Below are positions 1 through 9,769 of a stretch of 64,000 nt of DNA, piece by piece (within the stretch, counting starts at the first letter, position 1; the number at the start of each line of letters is the position of its first letter). The position numbers and the translations under genes were made by a program. The notes under the pieces were generated by a model. It was not told the DNA's origin, made no database searches, and saw only the letters and a list, made by a program, of their open reading frames with translations. This DNA comes from an uncultured virus (IMG/VR IMGVR_UViG_2576861459_000003) (Duplodnaviria; Heunggongvirae; Uroviricota; Caudoviricetes): positions 1 through 64,000 of IMG/VR virus record IMGVR_UViG_2576861459_000003, one strand, 5' to 3'.

Positions 1-147
1 CTAATTTGCAGTCTTCTTCTGCTCATTGTACAATTTTCTCTGATAATCCATAAACGCTCTTGTCATCAATTCAAGATTAGGCTCATTCATAAACGTGACA
101 GTGCAATTTTGCAGGTTGTACTTCTGGATTAATTCTTTCTCCGTCAC
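1..147 (-). CDS. small protein (48 aa, GTG start, MTEKELIQKY...), at the position of yotN/sprB; function unknown
   Basis: Manually read ORF overlapping the yotM stop (GTGA) and ending in TAG at 1-3. Confidence 0.5.
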   Translation of the reverse strand: MTEKELIQKYNLQNCTVTFMNEPNLELMTRAFMDYQRKLYNEQKKTAN

Positions 148-731
148 AGTATCACCTTCTTATTATCAGGTGTATGAAGAGAAGAGGTTGTCCTATTCTT
201 GGATTTATTAATCAAATCATCGCAAAGCTTGTTCAAATAATATGTATAGTTAACTTTTTTCTTCATCAAGCGTACCTCAGTGCCTATCTCTTCACATATG
301 GAGATCGGGATACTGGATTTGTTTACTTTATTCTTATATGTATGTGACAACTGATTTTCAGCTACGTTCTTATATGTAAGGAAATCATTAATATGTACGA
401 AATAAACTTTGTTTTCCGGCTCTCTAAACTGAAATAGAAAACCAGGAATTATGTTTGGATATTGCGCTGCCTCTTTTAAGTGTTTAATCTGTTGTGGTTT
501 GATGATCTTTTCACTGAAGGATACAGACTTGTTCTTTGTTGATTTAAGTTCAAAAGGGAATAAGTAACCTTTAAAGTGCAGGAAACAATCATATTTGTTT
601 TTTGATACTGCTGCTCCCCTTTTCAAAAACATTGGGTTAACATCTTTAATTCTGTAGAAGAATAACTTCTGATCTTTTGCAGATTTTTCTATATTCGATT
701 CAAAAACCTTACCTTGGTTTGTACCTCCCAA
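144..731 (-). CDS. yotM: RecU-like PD-(D/E)xK nuclease / Holliday junction resolvase
   Basis: GKVFE..YD..FELKST motif pattern, 195 aa, position at the end of the yot cluster. Confidence 0.75.
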   Translation of the reverse strand: MGGTNQGKVFESNIEKSAKDQKLFFYRIKDVNPMFLKRGAAVSKNKYDCFLHFKGYLFPFELKSTKNKSVSFSEKIIKPQQIKHLKEAAQYPNIIPGFLFQFREPENKVYFVHINDFLTYKNVAENQLSHTYKNKVNKSSIPISICEEIGTEVRLMKKKVNYTYYLNKLCDDLINKSKNRTTSSLHTPDNKKVIL

Positions 732-828
732 TCAATCACTCTCCTAAAATATTGAAACCAAAATTGAAATTAGAATAAACCTTTGCTACACTGTTTTATG
801 TTAATTAATATTGAAAGAAGTGTTCGAA

Positions 829-1068
829 ATGAAGCAATGGACACCCCTGCGCCCTCGTTTAAATGAATTAATGTTTGAATATGACCTCACAGTTGATGAC
901 CTTTTTAAACGTACAGGATACCCCAGACAACGTATCCATGATTATATAAGTGGAGCTAAAGCAAATATGAACTTAGCTACTGGCATGACTTTTGCTGATG
1001 CCATTGGTTGCTCAATTGAAGAGCTGTACGAATGGAACCACGAAGAAAGAAGAAAAGTTAAATCTTAA
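829..1068 (+). CDS. yotL: XRE-family HTH regulator
   Basis: HTH pattern RTGYPRQRIHDY...ADAIGCSIEELYEW; synteny. Confidence 0.75.
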   Translation: MKQWTPLRPRLNELMFEYDLTVDDLFKRTGYPRQRIHDYISGAKANMNLATGMTFADAIGCSIEELYEWNHEERRKVKS

Positions 1069-1246
1069 TCCCTTTCCGAGCCCATCTGATTTCCTGCATC
1101 AATTCTTCATTTTTATCTGAAAGGTTGATTAGGTTACGGTGGGCTCTTTCGTATTCTTTGTTCTCGAGAGCTTCTTTCACCGTACCCATTTGTCTTTCCA
1201 TTTTGTTGAACAGTATTTGAATGTTCTTAAAGTGCTCAGTTATCAC
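1058..1246 (-). CDS. hypothetical protein (YotK-like)
   Basis: ORF track; GTG start after GGAGGTGG RBS. Confidence 0.6.
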   Translation of the reverse strand: MITEHFKNIQILFNKMERQMGTVKEALENKEYERAHRNLINLSDKNEELMQEIRWARKGIKI

Positions 1247-1482
1247 CCTCCACCTCCAATACACTTATTTTATTTTCACTCTAAATAAATGACCGATTTT
1301 ATTTAAATATCTTACCTACCCTTGAAATGCTCTTCATAATCTTCATTTGATGTCTTCAGTAACTTCCATTACAAAGAGCTTATATTGCTCCCATGTAAGT
1401 CCCAAGTACTGGTGTAATTTTAAATCAGTATCGCTCTTATGCCATTCATCAACTAACTGATCAATATTTTCTTTTGTGAGTT

Positions 1483-1653
1483 TCATTGAAATAACCCTCC
1501 CCATATTACACCTGCTGCAATTGCAACAATGAAAACTGAAACAAATTTTATTACACCAATATACACTGCAAATTTAATATCCCCTTCGGAATCCACATTT
1601 GCTAAAAGCACAAGCCCAAATACAACTAATAAAACCCATGCAGTAACAATCAT
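1483..1653 (-). CDS. small two-TM membrane protein (YotH-like, 56 aa)
   Basis: Manually read [16 protein letters not shown]...GGLFQ, translationally coupled to neighbours. Confidence 0.6.
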   Translation of the reverse strand: MIVTAWVLLVVFGLVLLANVDSEGDIKFAVYIGVIKFVSVFIVAIAAGVIWGGLFQ

Positions 1654-2202
1654 CTACTTAGAACCCCTTTCGACTGTGTAACCACCGGTAATATCATTTA
1701 AGATCGCGCTATTTGAAGAAAGCTGCTTGCTCTCACTATCTTTATTTTTAGTGTAATTAATAAAATCCTCAAATTGGTTTAAATACACTCCGTAAGCTGT
1801 GTTGTTCAATTTATCAATTGTTTCGTCACTTGGTTTCAAAAACCAGCTATCAGTACCTTGTCCATACACTTCAAAAATTTGAACAATTACGTCCTTATAC
1901 TCAAAGTAAGCCAGTTTATTTTCAAATTCACATTCCTCATCAACTGGATTTCCTACATGATTTGTCGCATATTCCATCATTGAAGTAAGCATGTAACCTA
2001 ATTCAACATCCGAGAAACTTAGCTGTGGTTTAGGTGTTCCATAGTAAATAACCGCTTCATTAAATACTCCTCTTTGGTTCACTTCTTTAATGATTTCCTC
2101 GATAGCCGTGTAGCCCTCATGAATGATGAAATCTCTTTGCATCTCATCCATTCGTCTATACTCCTCTAATAAACTTGCTATCTTAAACTCTGTATTCTTC
2201 AT
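1654..2202 (-). CDS. hypothetical phage protein
   Basis: 182-aa ORF with RBS, in operon. Confidence 0.7.
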   Translation of the reverse strand: MKNTEFKIASLLEEYRRMDEMQRDFIIHEGYTAIEEIIKEVNQRGVFNEAVIYYGTPKPQLSFSDVELGYMLTSMMEYATNHVGNPVDEECEFENKLAYFEYKDVIVQIFEVYGQGTDSWFLKPSDETIDKLNNTAYGVYLNQFEDFINYTKNKDSESKQLSSNSAILNDITGGYTVERGSK

Positions 2203-2596
2203 TTAACTCCCCCTTGTGCAAATCAATTATTTCTGGTACTCGTTGAAAGAAAGTAATAATGCAATCCCTAGCATCATACGGATATTCGCAATCAATTTCG
2301 GCACTGGATATGTAAATTTCATATTCTATGCTGGATATTAGTTGATGATTATAAGGTAGCTCGAACTGTAAGTACCTCTTCACATTAGGTAACTGCTCAT
2401 TGACAAACTTCAAGAACTTCTTCTCATACTCAGGAATCTGTTCATATAATTTGTTTACATGTTCTTCAATTGTGTTTGCGTGCACTTTGTACAAATTCTC
2501 GAACAGTGTTTTGTTGATGTCCATTAACTCACTTAGAGCTTTAACAGCTCTCTCGTTTCCATTTAGAGTAACACCCCACCATTTATCCAAATGCAC
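2183..2596 (-). CDS. hypothetical phage protein
   Basis: 137-aa ORF, AAAGGA RBS. Confidence 0.65.
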   Translation of the reverse strand: MHLDKWWGVTLNGNERAVKALSELMDINKTLFENLYKVHANTIEEHVNKLYEQIPEYEKKFLKFVNEQLPNVKRYLQFELPYNHQLISSIEYEIYISSAEIDCEYPYDARDCIITFFQRVPEIIDLHKGELNEEYRV

Positions 2597-2630
2597 TTAA
2601 TCATCCTTTCTATATAGAATCAACATTTTA

Positions 2631-2759
2631 TCACTTTTTTCTATCATCAAACATTTTTTGGTTTTCTAGTAACTTAATGGCATAAACAAAATCAAGCGCA
2701 TATTCACTATCTTTGTTCTTCTTTAGTTCTTCCCTCAAAAACTCAATTACTTTATCCAA
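2631..2759 (-). CDS. small hypothetical protein (42 aa, YotD-like)
   Basis: Manually read ORF MDKVIEFLREEL..., TTG start after AAAGGA; bracketed by two boundary repeats. Confidence 0.55.
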   Translation of the reverse strand: MDKVIEFLREELKKNKDSEYALDFVYAIKLLENQKMFDDRKK

Positions 2760-2792
2760 TGTAAATCATCCTTTCTGCATAAAATTAGAATT

Positions 2793-3623
2793 TCATTTGA
2801 TTTCAAATGTCTTCAGGTCAAACATTTTATACGTATCAACTTGCTTACCTGGTATCTCATTTACTCTAGGATACATATCATAGTCATATGGATATCCAAT
2901 GCAGTTCATGTGAAAGCTCGTTCCTTCTTTATAAAACTCAGCTTGTAAATGATCGTGTCCACAAACCCAATGTTCAGCATTAATAAATGGCAAATCGACC
3001 ATATAGCAGCTGTTAGGCTCAAACGGAGAATAAGGATTGTGAACAGGTGGGACATGAGATACAAATACATCAATATCAGAGTTTTCAAGAGTGTCATACC
3101 AGTCCATTGATTCTTTCCACATTGCTCTTACTCCATCTTCTTTGCTGTATCCATTAAGGCTGATGTAGTTTGAATCATTAGAGACACCTTTGAAGAAATC
3201 CCATCCTTCATTTCCTTTTGGAAGATACCACATGACATCTCCACCAAAGACTTTTCCTTTGTATGTATCCGTAGACTTTATTAATGGAGTGACATTATTG
3301 ATGTTGGTAGCCTTCTGAATTAAATCATTCACCCTCCCCAAAGAATCGGAATATTTTCGGCGCTGATTCTTACTGAGTAAATAAAGATCATGATTACCAT
3401 ATGTGAAGTAAACCTTTTCATACTGCTTTGCTACTTCATCAAGTACCCACAGTGTCTGTTGATTCCACTCAGTAAAGTCACCGGCAATGATTAATACCTC
3501 ACCATTTCCATTCGATATTAACCTTCTAACAATCTCCCTTGTTCGCTTTTCCCACTTGATTTGGTTATTGTTCCAAGGGATCCAGTGATTAATATGCAGA
3601 TCTGAAACATAATCGATTTTCAT
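2793..3623 (-). CDS. yotB: calcineurin-like metallophosphoesterase
   Basis: DLH, GD, GNHD, SHVPP, GHDH motifs. Confidence 0.85.
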   Translation of the reverse strand: MKIDYVSDLHINHWIPWNNNQIKWEKRTREIVRRLISNGNGEVLIIAGDFTEWNQQTLWVLDEVAKQYEKVYFTYGNHDLYLLSKNQRRKYSDSLGRVNDLIQKATNINNVTPLIKSTDTYKGKVFGGDVMWYLPKGNEGWDFFKGVSNDSNYISLNGYSKEDGVRAMWKESMDWYDTLENSDIDVFVSHVPPVHNPYSPFEPNSCYMVDLPFINAEHWVCGHDHLQAEFYKEGTSFHMNCIGYPYDYDMYPRVNEIPGKQVDTYKMFDLKTFEIK

Positions 3624-3709
3624 TTTATCCCCCTTCTTTGTTTAAGTACGTGTTAACTCATGCTCCATGACCAATTGACATTTAAATCACCTCACTTCAA
3701 ATTTAATGT

Positions 3710-3738
3710 GTATATTTTCAAAACATCTCCACACAATA
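3710..3738 (+). promoter_or_regulatory. putative sigma-G promoter of sspC
   Basis: GTATA-17 nt-CACAATA fits the sigma-G consensus upstream of a SASP gene. Confidence 0.55.
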
Positions 3739-3782
3739 CAATTGTACAAACTTGTTTACATACTACTTTAGGAGATGATCAT

Positions 3783-3995
3783 ATGGCTAAACAAAACAGA
3801 TCAAACAACAGCAATGAATTACTTGTGCCTCAAGCTGCTGGTGCTCTTGAACAAATGAAGTATGAAATTGCTTCTGAGTTCGGTGTGAACTTAGGGCCTG
3901 AGACAACAAGTAGAGCAAACGGATCAGTAGGTGGAGAGATCACAAAACGTTTAGTACGTTTAGCTCAACAAAGCATGAATGGCCAATTTCATTAA
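3783..3995 (+). CDS. sspC: alpha/beta-type small acid-soluble spore protein
   Basis: [26 protein letters not shown] signature; GGAG RBS before ATG 3783. Confidence 0.95.
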   Translation: MAKQNRSNNSNELLVPQAAGALEQMKYEIASEFGVNLGPETTSRANGSVGGEITKRLVRLAQQSMNGQFH

Positions 3996-4000
3996 TGTAT

Positions 4001-4026
4001 GAGGGGATTACTCCCCTCTCTTTTTA
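4001..4026 (+). terminator. intrinsic terminator after sspC
   Basis: gagggg-attact-cccctc hairpin followed by T tract. Confidence 0.65.
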
Positions 4027-4076
4027 TGCTCCTCTTCCAAATCCATAAAGTACTACTGGCATTGTATTCACCTCCT

Positions 4077-4265
4077 TTAGTGAACAAATGTACTTCGTCT
4101 AATCAGCTCGTCTAAAACGATTTGAAGTTTTCTTCTCTGGTCTTTTATGTATGCATTGTTATCGGTACTCAATCCATCATTAATTCTATTTTGTATGTCT
4201 GTTTTCAGTCTCTCTAAGCTTTCAATTGGTAATTTTTCTAGACTAACTTTATATGATTGATTCAT
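4077..4265 (-). CDS. hypothetical protein
   Basis: ORF track, probable ATG at 4265. Confidence 0.55.
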   Translation of the reverse strand: MNQSYKVSLEKLPIESLERLKTDIQNRINDGLSTDNNAYIKDQRRKLQIVLDELIRRSTFVH

Positions 4266-4417
4266 TTTAATAGCCCCCAGCAAAAACAAGTGAAATTATC
4301 AATAACCAAAAGACTGCTCCAGAAACAGCAAGAAAGCTTTTTGCAATACTCATAAACTCTTGAAAATCATTCTTCAACGACTCTTTCACTGCATCACCTT
4401 CTCTTTAAAATACAGAT

Positions 4418-4594
4418 TTAAAGCACCTCTTCACTCAACAACTCTATAAAAACACTGTTGCGTTCTTTGCGCTCCTCATGTAATGCTTCGATTTCGTAGA
4501 TAAGCCGCCAAACGTGATGATAAAGGTGTTTGGGTACGCCGAGCTTCAGCGCCGCTATTGATTCGTTTAATTCGTACGGTGTTGGCCGTTTCAT
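4418..4594 (-). CDS. small hypothetical protein (58 aa, MKRPTPYEL...)
   Basis: Manually read ORF coupled to upstream gene; stop overlaps boundary repeat at 4406. Confidence 0.55.
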   Translation of the reverse strand: MKRPTPYELNESIAALKLGVPKHLYHHVWRLIYEIEALHEERKERNSVFIELLSEEVL

Positions 4595-4953
4595 CAAACA
4601 TTCACTCCTTCGATTTTGATTTCGAGAAGGTCAAGTGTATTGCATATTCCGGTTAATACTCCAGCATTATGGCGTTTAGCTTCAATATCCCCTGCTACAT
4701 ACCTCTCATCCCGCGATCTTTTTATATGCTCATAATAGTCCCGTAGTTTTTCCTCAGGCGTCGGTTCAGATTCATAACCGTTAATTAATGCAGCAGCTAA
4801 TGTTAATAGATCAAGATTATATAAACAACCACTCCTATTATCGCCAACTGTTAAGCTATCATTTGTATATGATAGTAATATTCCTTCATCGCACAATCTT
4901 AATCGGAGTTCTTCTATAGCCTCTGCCTGTTCCTTCGTGATTGTCGGCTTCAT
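4594..4953 (-). CDS. hypothetical phage protein
   Basis: ORF track, ATGA coupling. Confidence 0.7.
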   Translation of the reverse strand: MKPTITKEQAEAIEELRLRLCDEGILLSYTNDSLTVGDNRSGCLYNLDLLTLAAALINGYESEPTPEEKLRDYYEHIKRSRDERYVAGDIEAKRHNAGVLTGICNTLDLLEIKIEGVNV

Positions 4954-5333
4954 TTTAACGCCTCCTTTGCGATTGTTTGAATAAGATATACCGTATTTGA
5001 ATACTGCATGATATCTGGTTTTATAATATAAGTACCGTTAGCAACCGAATTATCCTCAACGTAAAAGTTATCAGCGAGCTCCGTGATTTCCTGAAAAGAC
5101 GCCTTCAAGCGTTCATTCTCGCCAATCAAATTCGCCACTGTACAACGTAGTTGTTTGACTTCCTCAGTCATTGGTTCCGTAAATAAATCCTCTGCAGAGA
5201 TTTCTCTGTCAGCTCCATCCTCGTTTATGATGTAAAGACCGCCCTTTGCATCAGGATCATCATGTCGCATTTTAATCGCAAGTTTCTGGGCACTCTCCTT
5301 AATGCGTTCATTATTAAACTCAAACCCTTTCAT
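4950..5333 (-). CDS. hypothetical phage protein
   Basis: ORF track, ATGA coupling. Confidence 0.7.
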   Translation of the reverse strand: MKGFEFNNERIKESAQKLAIKMRHDDPDAKGGLYIINEDGADREISAEDLFTEPMTEEVKQLRCTVANLIGENERLKASFQEITELADNFYVEDNSVANGTYIIKPDIMQYSNTVYLIQTIAKEALK

Positions 5334-6070
5334 ACGCCCACCTCTTCACGTGAGTCGTTGATGATTTTTGCATAATGCGATGGGTACTGTATAATCCTTC
5401 CCGGCAAATGCGCATTTAGACTTCCTGCTTTTAAAGAAATAACGGGCTTTTTCTCTATTTCTCCGCTATCTAATGTAACTTCTATAACATCGCCCACACG
5501 AACCTCAGTCGGCTGCGGTGCGTTCAGGCATTCGTCCGGCACCGCCAAGCCTAGCGCACGTCTTAGTGCAATCGACTTTCCGATGTGAACGTTGAAGCAG
5601 TCGTCCGGTGTGGCTTTGGCGATTCCTTTTGCGTAAACCTTCCCGGTGCGGAGGCCTTTTAATAGCGCAACAACTGTTCGTTTATCGCTATTCACTACGA
5701 ACTCCACGTTACAGGTTGCGACACTCCCCGTACCCGTTACATATCGTACGCCATCACCATAATTAGACAGTTTCTCAACGTCCGCCTTCGCCTGCTCAAC
5801 GATTTCATCACGGCGGGCTTGGGCGCTTTTCTCCGGCTTCCATAAACGTTCCTCTAGTGTTGTACAGACCGGAGTCGTTACCGTATTTACATCGCCAGAT
5901 ATAATAACAACATCTTGATTCGTTTTTGCATAGTGAACAACGAATCTATAAGAATACGCGCCGCCAATAACAATATCTCCAAAACGAGATTTATAACCGA
6001 AATATTTATCGTCCTTCTTTTCAAATACCGTATTCGCATTATTGATCACCGTTTGATTTACGTTTTCCAT
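5330..6070 (-). CDS. hypothetical phage protein (possibly mosaic)
   Basis: 246-aa ORF with RBS. Confidence 0.7.
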   Translation of the reverse strand: MENVNQTVINNANTVFEKKDDKYFGYKSRFGDIVIGGAYSYRFVVHYAKTNQDVVIISGDVNTVTTPVCTTLEERLWKPEKSAQARRDEIVEQAKADVEKLSNYGDGVRYVTGTGSVATCNVEFVVNSDKRTVVALLKGLRTGKVYAKGIAKATPDDCFNVHIGKSIALRRALGLAVPDECLNAPQPTEVRVGDVIEVTLDSGEIEKKPVISLKAGSLNAHLPGRIIQYPSHYAKIINDSREEVGV

Positions 6071-6414
6071 TCCTTATCTCCCCCATTCTCAATTAAATTA
6101 ATTTGATTCTCAATTTCCTCAATAAATCTCTCTAAAGCTTCTTCATCAACCAATACTTGTCCATGATGGACTTTGATGATTTCTTTCATTCGGTCATCCA
6201 TATTTCTAAATTCTTCTGCTTCCTCAACAGTTAATGCTTCTCTGTATTTTTTTATGTAAAGAAGAATATTTTTAAGGGATCCAATCTCCCCAATTTTTTG
6301 GAGATTGAAATCTATTTGTTCCACTTCTAGCCGGAGTAAAGCTGCTTCCTTTTCTAAAACATCAATTTCAAGCTGTTCTTTCTTTGACAACAATTCTTGC
6401 TCTTTTTGTTGCAA
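6058..6414 (-). CDS. hypothetical coiled-coil protein
   Basis: ORF track, AAGGAGGTG RBS. Confidence 0.7.
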   Translation of the reverse strand: MQQKEQELLSKKEQLEIDVLEKEAALLRLEVEQIDFNLQKIGEIGSLKNILLYIKKYREALTVEEAEEFRNMDDRMKEIIKVHHGQVLVDEEALERFIEEIENQINLIENGGDKEWKT

Positions 6415-6473
6415 CCTATCACCTCCTTATAAGGATTAACTATGTATTCACAATGTGAATGTGGATCATGTCT

Positions 6474-6839
6474 TTAAACTGATTCATACTGTAAATGCTT
6501 GTTTTTCTTTTTGCTAATTTTATACTCTGCAATTTTTAGTGATTCAAGAGTCCATCCGTTATTGTTCAAACTCCCGAAAAGTGTGTTCATTAATTGGAGC
6601 TCTTGTTTTAAGTTTCTTCTCTTTCTCAATATCTTTTGACCTTTTAACGAAAGATGATATCCCTCTGATGCATTAAATTTGTCCTCTTCTAGCTTGTGAT
6701 AAAATTCATTGAGCTCTTTATCAACTTTCCCCAGCTCTTTATAAAGGTTATCAATTTCATTTTGAAGTCGTTGTTTAGTCTCCTCAATTGCAACAAGAGG
6801 TTTGGAAATGGAAACAAGATAATCTTTTGCAGTTTTCAT
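6474..6839 (-). CDS. hypothetical coiled-coil protein
   Basis: ORF track, AGGAG RBS. Confidence 0.7.
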   Translation of the reverse strand: MKTAKDYLVSISKPLVAIEETKQRLQNEIDNLYKELGKVDKELNEFYHKLEEDKFNASEGYHLSLKGQKILRKRRNLKQELQLMNTLFGSLNNNGWTLESLKIAEYKISKKKNKHLQYESV

Positions 6840-6914
6840 AACGCCACTCCTATTTATTATTTTATTTTTATTCTAAAAGTATGTAAAAAAAAGACAAGAT
6901 TTTAACTTGTCTTT

Positions 6915-6964
6915 ATCTTATCATTCAGCCTCTCAAAAGTCTATAACTATTTTATTTTTATTCT
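6915..6964 (-). promoter_or_regulatory. sigma-A promoter with upstream SPBRE-like element
   Basis: Minus strand AGAATAAAAATAAAA..TAGACT-17-TAAGAT. Confidence 0.6.
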
Positions 6965-6967
6965 TAA

Positions 6968-7474
6968 TTATTTTGAGTAAGTCACAAATGAATAATTATA
7001 TGTGGTATTGTTTTCTGCTTTTCTGTGATCCTTTTCAATTACTCTCCAGTCATCATTTAACCTTGGAAAATATGAATCTGCCTTCGCAACGACTGAATCA
7101 ACAATCGTTAAATAAACCTTATCAGCATGTGGTAAGAATGCCTCGTATATAGCACCTCCTCCAATTACCATTACTTCTTCATCTTTATGCAATTGTCCTC
7201 TTATAAGCTTTAATACATCATCAATTGAATGATAAACAAATGAAGAGTGGTCAGGCTTGAAATCCTTGTTTTTGGTTAATATTATATTCCTTCGGTTTTG
7301 AAGTGGCTTACCTGTAATGTTTACGATCGATTCGTATGTAAGCCTTCCCTGAATACACAACTTTCCTGTAGTGAGTTCTTTAAAACGTTTCAAGTCTTCA
7401 GGAATATGGTAAAGCAAATTATTTTCATATCCAATGGCCATTGATTTGTCGCAACAAGCAATAAGAGATAGCAT
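6968..7474 (-). CDS. folA: dihydrofolate reductase
   Basis: IG..N.L...PEDLKRFK, GR.TYESI, PL.NRRNIILT, IGGGAIY motifs. Confidence 0.93.
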   Translation of the reverse strand: MLSLIACCDKSMAIGYENNLLYHIPEDLKRFKELTTGKLCIQGRLTYESIVNITGKPLQNRRNIILTKNKDFKPDHSSFVYHSIDDVLKLIRGQLHKDEEVMVIGGGAIYEAFLPHADKVYLTIVDSVVAKADSYFPRLNDDWRVIEKDHRKAENNTTYNYSFVTYSK

Positions 7475-8313
7475 TATACTGCTACCTCAAAGTAAAGCTT
7501 GTCTCCATGCTTATAATTAACCAATCTGAAATCATCAATTGTGAAATCATAAAAGTCTTTTACATCTGGATTAATCCATAACTCAGGTGCTTCATGCTGC
7601 TCTCTGTCCATTTGAATTTTCAAATTGTCTATATGACGAGTGTATACATGACAGTCTCCGATATTGAAGATATACTCACCTAGCTCATAGCCAGTAACTT
7701 GAGCAATCATACGCTGCAATACATTGTACTGAAACACATTAAACGGATTCCCGAGTGCGAGATCATTACTGCGACAGAAAACTTCTAAATGCAATTTCCC
7801 GCCTTTTACAAGCCATTGAGTACCATAGACACAGGGAGTCAATGCCATCGAGTCTAATTCATCAGGATTCCAAAGCATTGTAATATGCCTACGTGAAGAT
7901 GGGTTGTTTTTTAACTGATGGAGAAGATAGTCAACCTGATCAACCTTTTCACCGTTTAGCATTCTGTTCTTCTTACCAAGCTGATATCCATATGCTTTGC
8001 CAATTGTACCGTCTTCTTGTTTCCATTGATCCCAGATATGTACGCCCATCTTGTTTAATTCGTTAACATCATTTGATTTAAGCTGCCATATCCAAAGTAA
8101 TTCCTTGATAGCTGTTTTCCAAGCGACTTTTTTAGTCGTTAAAATCGGTACTTCTGAATTATCAAAGCGCATTTTCTTACTGATTACACTTAGTGTATGT
8201 GCTGGTGTTCCATCAGTATCCCATTTGGTTCTGACATTGAATTCTTCGTCTGATGCCCCATTATTAATAATGTCATTTATGATTGTGTTGTATTGCCTAT
8301 CAAATTGACTCAT
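7474..8313 (-). CDS. thyA: thymidylate synthase (ThyA / phi3T ThyP3 type)
   Basis: SRRH, ALTPC catalytic Cys, RSND, PFN, GDCHVY motifs; 279 aa. Confidence 0.96.
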   Translation of the reverse strand: MSQFDRQYNTIINDIINNGASDEEFNVRTKWDTDGTPAHTLSVISKKMRFDNSEVPILTTKKVAWKTAIKELLWIWQLKSNDVNELNKMGVHIWDQWKQEDGTIGKAYGYQLGKKNRMLNGEKVDQVDYLLHQLKNNPSSRRHITMLWNPDELDSMALTPCVYGTQWLVKGGKLHLEVFCRSNDLALGNPFNVFQYNVLQRMIAQVTGYELGEYIFNIGDCHVYTRHIDNLKIQMDREQHEAPELWINPDVKDFYDFTIDDFRLVNYKHGDKLYFEVAV

Positions 8314-8374
8314 AATTTCCTTCCTTTCAATTCCATCGTTTGGTAAAATATTCTTGCCTACATAATGGAAAGAG

Positions 8375-9010
8375 GTGATCTTTTTGTCTGTTTACAAATA
8401 CAAGCCAGCGGTGGTTAAAGAAGTACTGGAATGTAAAACTGAAAGATTAACAGACTCAATTGAAGCAAGATATTGTCTATCAATCAAGCTTAATAATAAT
8501 TTAGACTCTTCATATGTGTTTATTATGTTAAATCCCAGTATTGCTGACAAAGAAGTATCCGATCTCACTATAACTAAGTTGTGTAATTTTAGCCACTCAT
8601 TAAATGAAGTTGGATCCATTCATATTGTCAATCTCTATCCTTTTTACGAAACAAATTCAGCGGAATTATCCTCAATAGTTCATAAGCTTCAAAAAGAGTA
8701 CAGGAGCCTGTATGAAGCTACCGTTAAGACTAATCATCAAATTATAGCCAATTTAGCTAAAGAATCTAAAAAGGTAATCTTTGCTTGGGGTGATTGTCCA
8801 AAGCAATTCGATAAACGAAGTTTTAATAAACAATGTCAAGATGTTAAACAGCTCCTAAAAGGAATAAATAAAGACGAGGCATTTGTTATCAAAACCCATC
8901 ACAACAGGCTTCTCACAGTTAAGAATTCACCAAGACATCCATGTATGAATCGCCTTAATGGCCTTATGCCGTATCAAGAGCCATATGAACTGTCTCAGAT
9001 GACACAATAA
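8375..9010 (+). CDS. DUF1643-family protein
   Basis: IMLNPSIAD, VNLYP, FAWG, PRHP motifs. Confidence 0.75.
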   Translation: MIFLSVYKYKPAVVKEVLECKTERLTDSIEARYCLSIKLNNNLDSSYVFIMLNPSIADKEVSDLTITKLCNFSHSLNEVGSIHIVNLYPFYETNSAELSSIVHKLQKEYRSLYEATVKTNHQIIANLAKESKKVIFAWGDCPKQFDKRSFNKQCQDVKQLLKGINKDEAFVIKTHHNRLLTVKNSPRHPCMNRLNGLMPYQEPYELSQMTQ

Positions 9011-9408
9011 ATATAGTTGCCTACAAAAATAAGATTACCGCAAACAAATAGCATGTATACGAGCTTGTTTTGTTTATTGTTTGAGTCACCGTCCAAAACA
9101 TCAAGAATTTTAAACATTGTTAAACCGATGTAAATTAAAGCAAAAGCTGTCCAAGCTAACATTAGCAAATTACCGTGCGTAATCAGTCCAATAGTAGCCA
9201 AGGGGATGATGAATGAAATCCCCTTGAATAATGTCATTGCATACACTAAGTTCTTATTTTTCTTCAGTTCTTTATATGGTGTGTTAGAAAGCATATGCGT
9301 AACTTTAGCGTAAACGTTCTGTTCTCCTCGTGTAATTAGTCTAATTTCATTAATGTTTAGTGCAAATAAGTATGCTGCAAGTAATAATGTAAAGTATGTA
9401 ATCCTAAT
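8995..9408 (-). CDS. membrane protein (frame open up to an ATT codon at 9408)
   Basis: Hydrophobic ORF; frame extends 38 codons beyond track start to ATT after AAGGAG. Confidence 0.5.
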   Translation of the reverse strand: MRITYFTLLLAAYLFALNINEIRLITRGEQNVYAKVTHMLSNTPYKELKKNKNLVYAMTLFKGISFIIPLATIGLITHGNLLMLAWTAFALIYIGLTMFKILDVLDGDSNNKQNKLVYMLFVCGNLIFVGNYIYCVI

Positions 9409-9448
9409 ACATCTCCTTATTTTATTTTTATTCTATAAATAACTATAC

Positions 9449-9769
9449 TTAATCAAACAACTCTCCTGCTCTCTTCATGTCTTGGATTTCTTCACTTACA
9501 CTTTCTTTGATTGTGTGAGGCAACTGATCAATTCCCCGTTGAATTCTTTTCTGACCTGTATTTCTTATATGTAAAGTTAATTCTTTAAACCCTTCCATTG
9601 ATTCATCTGAAATTAAATCAAACTGATGTTGAATCTTAGCTAATAAGCTTATATGTTCCTCTTCATCCTCGCTGAATAATTGGAGGCCTTGTTTAAGATT
9701 TTCTATTTCTTTTAGATGGGCTTTTATTTTCTCTATGTGTTTATCCATGATTGCTAAACCTTTCAACAA
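9449..9769 (-). CDS. hypothetical protein
   Basis: ORF track. Confidence 0.6.
   Translation of the reverse strand: MLKGLAIMDKHIEKIKAHLKEIENLKQGLQLFSEDEEEHISLLAKIQHQFDLISDESMEGFKELTLHIRNTGQKRIQRGIDQLPHTIKESVSEEIQDMKRAGELFD

Noticed and set aside
813..826. Possible LexA box upstream of yotL
   Set aside because: Only one good half site (GTTCG)
3660..3782. N-terminal extension of SspC in the ORF track
   Set aside because: RBS and family length support ATG 3783; the extension covers the promoter
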